Shown: positions 54,905 through 64,000 of the stretch, piece by piece
Position numbering within the stretch: the stretch's first letter is position 1
Layout: every line of letters begins with the position of its first letter
Program-made: the position numbers and the translations under genes
Notes under the pieces: generated by a model
Seen by the model: only the letters and a program-made list of their open reading frames with translations
Told to the model about the DNA's origin: nothing
Databases searched by the model: none
Assembly (NCBI GenBank): GCA_950097015.1
Contig: CATNEN010000001.1
Location: 6,820,001 to 6,884,000 of the forward strand
Reading direction: 5' to 3'
From: Macrostomum hystrix
Taxonomy: Eukaryota; Animalia; Platyhelminthes
Length of the DNA stretch: 64,000 nt

Positions 54905-55552
54905 TGACCAGAATTGGCTGTACAGAAGGACCAGAATAAACTGTATTCAAGGACCAGAACAGGCGGTACTGAAGGACTAGAATAGGCGGCATTGAAGTAC
55001 CAGAATAGACGATATTGAAGGACCAGAATAGACGGTATTCAAGGACCAGTATAGACAGTATTCAAGGACCAGAATAGACTGTAATCAAGGACCATAATTG
55101 GCGGTATTCAAGGACCAGAATAGACGGTAATGAAGGACCAGAATAGACAGTAATCAAGGACCAGAATAGACAGTAATCAAGGACCAGAATAGACGGTATT
55201 CAAGGACCAGAATAGACTAATCAAGGACCAGAATAGAGGGTATTCAAGGACCAGAATAGACTGTAATCAAGGACCAGAATTGGCGGTATTTAAGGACCAG
55301 AATAGACGGTATTTAAGGACCAGAATAGACTGTAATCAAGGACCAGAATTGGCGGTATTCAAGGACCAGAATAGACGGTATTTAAGGACCAGAATAGACG
55401 GTATTTAAGGACCAGAATAGACGGTATTCAAGGACCAGAATAGACGGTATTAAAGGACCAGAATAGACGGTAATCAAGGACCAGAATTGGCGGTATTCAA
55501 GGACCAGAATAGACGGTATTGAAGGACCAAAATGGTCGGTATCAAAGGACAA
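54905..55552. repeat. Minisatellite, 23-bp unit AAGGACCAGAATAGACGGTATTC
   Basis: Tandem periodicity. Confidence 0.95.
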
Positions 55553-56529
55553 AAAAGGAACAGAACTGGGTGACTTTTATGTTGCCTACATTACTTGATT
55601 GGAAATCCCTGAACCAATACCCTAAACCAAAAATATAATGCAAAGATAAGCATGCGTAGATCTATGATAGGACGATGCAAGTTTAAATGTCAAAGCTATA
55701 CCATCAGAACACTTGGGGATTGTATAGTTAAGAACATAGGAATCGGAAAAGTAAAAAATAATGAAAAAAATCCGTCAAAGAAAATGCAAAAAATCTAGAT
55801 TAACTCGCATAGAATCTCGATCTAGAATGTTGATAAATAAAAAACTCGTGGAAAGCGATAGTTAGCTAGATTAGTAGCTACTATAATTCGGTAGCTCTAA
55901 AAGACGGTTCTAAAATCTAAGCTGGCGTTAACATAAAACATGCGCATATTAAGGGATACACTACACAGATAGGAGATACATATACGCGTCTGACACGCAT
56001 ATGTGGTGTGGGGGGGAAATCCAGGGTTTGTTAGCCTCGTGTGCAGGTCATTCCCACGGCCCATAAATTTTTGTGCGCGACACACACACCAAATCACTAC
56101 ATATGCCCAACATAGTGCTATCAGCTTACGGGACTTAACGTGCTTCGCATCGCATAATGTACAAAATATTGTTGAATAGGACTAGCTGTAACAAAGCATT
56201 AGAAGATTATAGAAAGAAGTGTACAAAAATGATACATAGTTTTTTGTTTTGTTAAACATTTGCATGTACTTTTATATAAATGCACTCGGATTATAGAAGT
56301 GCTATTTCCTATCGTGAGAACAGAATGGCGGAATATGATCGCTACAGCAAAGTGCCGATTATTTTTGTTACTATATCATTTGCAAATAATCATTTGGCTA
56401 AATACTGTTACTTTGCAACAGATGGCATAACTTTATGCTGCTTTTTTATATAATGTAATGAAAAACGTTGTAGAACAGAAAATCAAGCTCGTATAATACT
56501 AAAATGCTAAGTAAATATTTCTTAGTGCA

Positions 56530-56750
56530 TAATAGACGGTATTGAAGGACCAGAATAGACGGTATTGAAGGACCAGATTAGGCGGTATTGAAGGACCAGA
56601 TTAGGCGGTATTGAAGGACCAGATTAGGCGGTATTGAAGGACCAGAATATGCGGTATTGAAGGACCAGAATAGCCAGTATTGAAGGACCAGAATAGCCAG
56701 TATTGAAGGACCGGAATATGCCGTATAAAAAGATCAGAATGGGCGGTATT
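56530..56750. repeat. Second array of the 23-bp AAGGACCAGAATAGACGGTATTG family
   Basis: Same unit as 54905-55552. Confidence 0.93.
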
Positions 56751-57909
56751 ACACTATTGAAGAACAAGGTGATGAAGGGGACCCTGGTGACTGGGATGCT
56801 GAGAACAAAGGTATCTGCGACTGATTGACAGTCTGTGGAGCCGACATGGTTCCTTGATGAAATTTTGTGAGCAGAAAAAATATGCCAACATATGTGGTTT
56901 TTGCTATCTGACACCCGGACGAGAATCGTTAAACATTGCGCTGGAAGTCATTTCATCGGATTGAGGGGAAAATTTTAGCCCGGCCGTGTTCAGTATTTTC
57001 ATGGCGATTGGTTGAATACTTTTTGAGATACAGAAATATGAAACTTTTAAGCAATTGAAATATCCCCCCGAGGTGTGACGAGAAACAGAAAAATACTAGC
57101 AGCGAGGAAAGAATCATAAAAATCGTATATTAAAAGCAGGAAATAATTAATTTCTTGCATTGCAATTTTAATTAGAAAACGGATCAGGGTATTGTTGCAG
57201 AAAATGTGAAAACAGAACTGAAGAAAAAGTAAAATAATTAAATGGGCCGGTTAAATTAGATACCAAATTCAGATTAGAAATGGGATCTCTAAGACATCTG
57301 GGCGGATATGATATTACCGATGGGATTTACCTGCGAAGGGAGGTGGACAAAAATGCGAATAGAACATGAGTAGGTGAGGATTAATTAGTCTATGATGCAT
57401 TTTTTGCTCGTTTCTTGACTGATAAATATCTGTTCAACAAAAATCTAATTTCTGATGATATCGAATTTATAGTTAATAAGTTTAATATCGGGAAAATTAG
57501 TTTTTTTTTACAAACTACTCTTTTTAATCTACTTGATGATCGACGAGAAGCAGATTGACTATTTAACATAAAGTGAATGAAAAGCTTTTTAGAGTACAAA
57601 GTTTGTGTAACTTAACTAGCTAAGTTAGCATTTGATATAAAAAATTATTGCACAAGACTGCAGCTAAAAGATGAATATCGGATGGAACTACCAGCTAAGA
57701 TTTTGTGTTAGAGTTCACGCAATTGACTAAAGTACTTTTATGCTGCGGCCATAGCTTAAAAAAGATTTCTGTTTTAACGTACAACATAAAGTTTTGGAAA
57801 CATGACACAATTTTAGCTGGTCGTGTGGAAGCTAAATTTCTTGAAGTCTTCGGATTTTTTTTTTGTAGCGAGATCAAAATAAGCTTTGGTGCGATTTTGT
57901 GCGATATTG

Positions 57910-58980
57910 CGATGGGATCTGACGAAGGACATTTTCTTTAGCGATGGAGTCTGACGAAGGACGTTTTATTTTTTATGGAATCTGATGAATGACTCTTTCA
58001 TGCAATGGGATCTGACGAATGACTCCTTCTTGCAATGGGATCTGACGAATGACTCTTTCTTGCAATGGGATCTGACGAATGACTCCTTCTTGCAATGGGA
58101 TCTGACGAATGACTCTTTCTTGCAATGGGATCTGACGAATGACTCTTTCTTGCAATGGGATCTGACGAATGACTCTTTCTTGCAATGGGATCTGACGAAT
58201 GACTCTTTCTTGCAATGGGATCTGACGAATGACTCTTTCTTGCAATGGGATCTGACGAATGACTCTTTCTTGCAATAGGATCTGACGAATGACTCTTTCT
58301 TGCAATGAAATCTGTCGAATGACTCTTTCTTGCAATGAAATCTGACGAATGACTCTTTCTTGCAATGGGATCTGACGAATGACTCTTTCTTGCAATGGGA
58401 TCTGACGAATGACTCTTTCTTGCAATGGGATCTGACGAATGACTCTTTCTTGCAATAGGATCTGACGAATGACTCTTTCTTGCAATGAAATCTGTCGAAT
58501 GACTCTTTCTTGCAATGAAATCTGACGAATGACTCTTTCTTGCAATGGGATCTGACGAATGACTCTTTCTTGCAATGGGATCTGACGAATGACTCTTTCT
58601 TGCAATGGGATCTGACGAATGACTCTTTCTTGCAATGAAATCTGACGAATGACTCTTTCTTGCAATGAAATCTGACGAATGACTCTTTCTTGCAATGGGA
58701 TCTGACGAATGACTCTTTCTTGAATAAGGATCTGACGAATGACTCTTTCTTGAATAAATATCTGACGAATGACTCTTTCTTGAATAAAGATCTGACGAAT
58801 GACTCTTTCTTGAATAAGGATCTGACGAATGACTCTTTCTTGAATAAATATCTGACGAATGACTCTTTCTTGAATAAAGATCTGACGAATGACTCTTTCT
58901 TGATTAAGGATCTGACGAAGGATTTTGTATTATTAATGGAGTGCGACAGAGGACATTTTTCTTATCAAGGAATCCGACTA
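57910..58980. repeat. Minisatellite, 30-bp unit TCTGACGAATGACTCTTTCTTGCAATGGGA
   Basis: More than 30 near-perfect units. Confidence 0.97.
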
Positions 58981-59559
58981 TGAACTTGAATCACACGCAT
59001 TGTAAATTCGACAATGCTTTTTCGTTTTCATTTTGACAATAGAATTCAAGCAAGTAATTTTATCCTCGTATTGAAAACACACGAAATACTAAATTTTATC
59101 GAGGCTTAAGATCTACGCACGCGAAGTACGAGCCTAAATAAGAAACAACCTTATTTTTGAGAGTAATACTCCAGAAATAAGTCATCACGTAACGGAAACA
59201 AATTGCACGTTATACCAAAATAAATCTAGCGAGAAGGTTAGAGTCCAATCGCTTTCTGCTTAAAACAGCACTACGTTACATTTACATTTACATTTTGTTA
59301 CAGCTACATTTTTTAAAGATGACCTACAGAAGTTTGATTCTGCGACTTGAGAATAAAAATGTTTCACAATTATTTAGCTGTGTCTATTTAAATTAATTCC
59401 AAACAGCTTTATGCTTGCTGTCATTTAAATGTGGCTTTCCTGCTTGCAAGTCAGTAGGAATAAAAGCGTTAACAAACAAACGGAAATGAATGAGGAAAGT
59501 ATAAAAAAGAAATCGATCGGCTCATGAAGCAACGCGTGAAGCAAAGGTATCAAGTAGGG

Positions 59560-59772
59560 GGTAAGTGGCAGAGCGGCTAAAACGTTTGCTGCCTTTAGCA
59601 AAAAGATCCAAGCGGGGCCACATTCATTTGGGCCGCAGCCGCGGAGAGAAGGCTTGGAGCTTGCAATTTACGCCACTAAGGGCCAACTTCCGAGGCACAG
59701 AGTGAAAGTGTACACTGCCTGATGATGAAAGTCAGGGCAGATGTACACACCTGTGTGAGTGTGTGCTCAGGA
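59560..59772 (+). mobile_element. tRNA-derived SINE, family B (most complete copy)
   Basis: A-box-like GTGGCAGAGCGGCTAA; body GGCCACATTCATTTG...GAAGGCTTGG...GGGCCAAC..GGCACAG; 3' hairpin GTGTACACTGCCTGA..AAAGTCAGGGCAGATGTACAC; end GTGTGAGTGTGTGCTCAGGA. Four other copies in the window. Confidence 0.75.
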
Positions 59773-60375
59773 GGCAGCGAAATTGGGAGGATTGCCTTCT
59801 GGCTGGCTACGAGACTAGTGTCACTAAATGTGTCAGTGCCCGCAGACCTTCTGAAAATAGTAATTATTTATAAAGGTGTCAAGCTCGTGAAGCATGGATA
59901 TTAAAAATATCCAGCTTTAGGTAGCAACAACGACTTCTGAACACCTAACTTTTAAACTAAGACGAAAGTTTCTTGAATGCAAATCATAGTAGAAGCTGTG
60001 CACTTAAATTAGCTTATCCTATAATGTGATCCAAAGCGCGCAATGCAATGTTTAAGCGCAGAATATTTCAAGTTTCCGAAATTTACATAAACTGTGCAAT
60101 AAAATCGAAGCTCAACTAAAAATAAACACACGCTACTGGAATAAACTTAGATAGAATCGTTCAGTCCAATGGGTCTTGGACAAGATTGTAATAACAAGAT
60201 AAAGTCCTCATAGTGAGACAACTTTGAAGAATTTAGGAGAAACCACTATGAATGTTGAAGTCCGTAGGTAACTGTTTTAAGAGAATCTAAAAATTAAAAT
60301 GGTTAAATTTTGCCCACTTAACAATTAGTACACGGCACACAGAGCCACAAAATGACATGCATTTTTTTCAAAATA

Positions 60376-61453
60376 CTAACTGACTGCCTGACTGACTGAC
60401 TGCCTGACTGACTGACTGACTGCCTGACTGACTGACTGACTGACTGCCTGACTGACTGCCTGCCTGACTGACTACCTGACTGACTGACTGCCTGACTGAC
60501 TGCCTGACTGACTGACTGACTGACTGCCTGACTGACTGACTGACTGACTGACTGACTAACTAACTGACTGACTGACTGACTGCCTGACTGACTGACTGCC
60601 TGACTGACTGACTGCCTGACTGACTGACTGACTGACTGCCTGACTGACTGACTGACTGACTGACTGACTGACTGACTGACTGCCTGACTGAATGACTGAC
60701 TGACTGACTGCCTGACTGACTGACTGCCTGACTGACTGACTGACTGACTGACTGACTGACTGACTGACTGCCTGACTGAATGACTGACTGACTGACTGCC
60801 TGACTGACTGACTGACTGACTGACTGCCTGACTGACTGACTGCCTGACTGACTGACTGCCTGACTGAATGACTGACTGACTGACTGCCTGACTGACTGAC
60901 TGCCTGACTGACTGCCTGACTGACTGCCTGACTGACTGACTGCCTGACTGAATGACTGACTGACTGACTGCCTGACTGACTGCCTGACTGACTGACTGAC
61001 TGACTGACTGACTGACTGACTGACTGCCTGACTGAATGACTGACTGACTGACTGCCTGACTGACTGACTGACTGACTGACTGCCTGACTGACTGACTGCC
61101 TGACTGACTGACTGCCTGACTGAATGACTGACTGACTGACTGCCTGACTGACTGACTGCCTGACTGACTGCCTGACTGACTGACTGCCTGACTGACTGCC
61201 TGACTGAATGACTGACTGACTGACTGCCTGACTGACTGACTGACTGACTGACTGCCTGACTGACTGCCTGACTGACTGACTGCCTGACTGCCTGACTGAC
61301 TGACTGACTGCCTGACTGACTGCCTGACTGACTGACTGCCTGACTGACTGACTGACTGACTGCCTGACTGACTGACTGACTGCCTGACTGACTGACTGCC
61401 TGACTGACTGACTGAATGACTGACTGACTGACTGACTGACTGACTGAATGACT
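60376..61453. repeat. Compound (TGAC/TGCC)n microsatellite
   Basis: Tetranucleotide periodicity. Confidence 0.98.
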
Positions 61454-64000
61454 AGCTATATACGAGTATTTATAGTAAGAATTATAGTCAGAATAAATTG
61501 AAGCGAACAGGTTAGAAAAAAGATTTACAATTTCAAAATTAGAAAGTTAGGAAGAAGCTTTCGAAAAAAACAAATAGCTACAATGAATTCTTTTAGGATC
61601 TAGCAAACATGGTCATTCACGTGACTGTCGACTGATGTAAGCCAAAAACATTTAGCTCACGAAAAAGGAATTAGTTGCATTTAATTGCATATACACCTTG
61701 AAATTGCAGCATTAAACTAAGCGAAGCGAAATCAACCGCAACAGTTTTTGGAGTCACGCAGAGAAAGCGATACATTGCCCTGCGCACCATTATCGAGGCC
61801 AGTTAAATGTAACATTTTCAAAAGCTTGCACTGGTTCTGATGCCGCGTCCGTTATTAGAAATATATATTTCAAATGAAGTCTTTACTACAGGATATAGTA
61901 AGATTTATTTTCTACTCCGCCTAACTCGAAAGAGAAATCATATAAAGAACGGAAAGCATCTACGACAAACAAAAAAGCCAAGAAGGAAATCCTGCTTCGC
62001 TACATAAGGGAAAAATTCCAGCACAACTAGGTCCCCATCCAAGACACGAGTGGGTTCATGTCGCACGCAATGTTGCCACAAGATGGGTTGGGACACGGGG
62101 TAAAGATTCGTATTGAACAGAAATTCGCTAGTATTTTAGTAGTAGCTAACAATAATAACTGGTCCAAAGACCTAGAAATTGGTCTGACTTGTTGCAATAG
62201 GGATAACAGGAAGAAGGAAAGAACAGCGTAGAAAAAGGCGGAGAGACGAAAATAGCAGAAGAATCATTGTTTCGTACTATGTATGATCTTTGCTAGCCGA
62301 TTATAACCAGAAGTAGTCGTTTTGTCTGGCTTAAAAACTTTTCAATTGAAATGTGCTATATTTACTACTGAAAAATTAGACAAGTAGTTAAATAGGCATA
62401 TCGATATCTGTTGTTTAAATTTGTAAAACGGAATATATTATAGAGCACTTTTTGCTAATCAGATTGCTACAGATCAGATTTTGTTGGAATAGTAGAATAG
62501 CAACAATAAGATGAGTAACAGTGACTTATATTCATCGAGCCAGTAGATTTGTTAGTGAATATTGCTCTAGTGCGTGTTAGATAACGGTATTAGGAAATGG
62601 TTTTCTGTCAGCGCAAAAGACCGCAGTCTAGGTTGTTAACGCACCGCATACTACGGTGCAAACATTGCGAACTTAGATAAGAAGTAGATAGAAATTTGGT
62701 AGTAATAAAACAGACTTTAAGCGATATAGATACAACTAAATGTCATGCACTAACAGTCTTCAAGGCAAAAAATCATTTTTTTAACTCGGGAGATAAAATA
62801 AAATACATTTTTTTACTAAAGAGGATATGTGGGTTGCGAGGAGTCGATTCTGACTATTCTGATATTCCAGCGACATTAAACTTAAACTTAAGATGGCTTC
62901 AGCCAACTAGAAACCGTTCGTGAGGAAATATCTTATAAAGGCAAAACAGGTGCAAACCTAGTGCTTTTCGTTTAGGAATGTTTTATTGCTTCAAATTTTA
63001 CCAAATAAAAGAACTCTGACTAATTCTTTGAACCAAAAACTAGGTCATGGAGAGAGGGTGAAAGCTTTCAAGAGGTGAAGACTGAAAAATGTAAAGCTTA
63101 GTAAAGGAAGCATTTCAAAGCTAATTCACCCCAGCCCGAGTTATGTAACACTTAGATGTCAGACAAACCAGAAAAGAAAAAAACTTTGACTCTAAATGCA
63201 CCATTACAATTCTAGGAAAAAAACTAATTTGAAATAGAGATTGATTTTTAAATTTGTCTTATATTGGAGTAATTGGAGTAAATATGAACAAAAGATGGCT
63301 ATTCGAAAATTTCCGGTTTTACACAATGTGATTAATTATAGCTGATATTTAATAACTTAAAATTTTGAGCGTGTCATTGTCTTGACAAAATTTCAAATCA
63401 AAGGATTTTTATACGTCAATCGATTTATCATTTCGATGTGCACTTTAATTACAGAATCTTTAGCAACTACTGCTTAGCGTATATATACTAATACACTATT
63501 ATTTTAACAGGTTTTAGAGGTTGCTTATTAGGAATTTAATTTTATCTAAGAACAAAGCCAAGGATTTTAGCAATCTTCGAGTATTATGAAAAAATGCTTT
63601 GTGTATCGAGCTTAAATGCAATCTGAATGTCACTGCTTTGAATAGTGTTCTGTAAAAGAGTCATTCCTTTCATAGGCGACGATAACAGCTAGCTAGTCTC
63701 CTATAGAATTAAAAATGAGACAGACAAAAAAAATATCCCAAACGAGAACAGTGGAACGCCACCTGGATCTCAAAAGAAGCCAAAAAGCATTGGGCGAGCT
63801 ATTAAATAGAACAATATACATTTGCCTTCTTTGTCAATTACTCGTAGATTTAGCAATGTCTGCTAATAAAAGCATAGAGAACACTAAATGACAGGATACT
63901 TCAGAACATAAATTTATATTTGATGGCACTCAGATTGATGAAACTACATATAATAGGGCAAGTTTATTATGCAAGGATAAACGAAAATTCAGGCACCTAA

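Noticed and set aside
57973-58983. 240-aa QERVIRQIPL-repeat ORF and other short repeat ORFs (also 14377-14745 and 40987-41299)
   Set aside because: Unit lengths are multiples of 3, so frames stay open by chance; there is no splice or start context.
59715-59745. Hammerhead ribozyme core (CTGATGA..GAAA)
   Set aside because: There is no room for stems II/III, and CTGATGA is not conserved in the other SINE-B copies. The 40-bp array at 4136 has CTGATGA but no GAAA.
59780-64000. Genes in the right-hand end of the window
   Set aside because: AT-rich DNA with only short ORFs and no recognisable domains or exon chains; probably HR96 upstream or intronic sequence.

Overview
This is eukaryotic (animal) genomic DNA. 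It is AT-rich with GT-AG spliceosomal introns; by inference it is most like a free-living flatworm of the Macrostomum type, given the minisatellite-stuffed introns, S/A/Q-rich linkers and genes that appear to need a leader-donated AUG. I could reconstruct seven multi-exon genes with phase-consistent splicing, plus one isolated exon. Minus strand, left: a signal-peptide exon, a 4-TM PMP22/claudin-like gene, and a macro-domain + RING + Deltex-C E3 ligase. Plus strand: a tight co-directional cluster CIP2A - ZNF277 - UGP2 - DNAJC30-like. Minus strand, right: an HR96/NR1J-type nuclear receptor. Almost every long intron holds its own minisatellite, more than 25 arrays in all. There are also two tRNA-derived SINE families and a solo-LTR-like insert with a 5-bp TSD. 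Main leads: (1) CIP2A and DNAJC30 start at a phase-0 splice acceptor with no genomic ATG found, which fits spliced-leader-donated AUG in a candidate operon; (2) a single-chain macro-RING-DTC protein that resembles a fused PARP9/DTX3L; (3) intronic arrays whose units are themselves splice-junction motifs. Most long ORFs in the supplied track are repeat artefacts.
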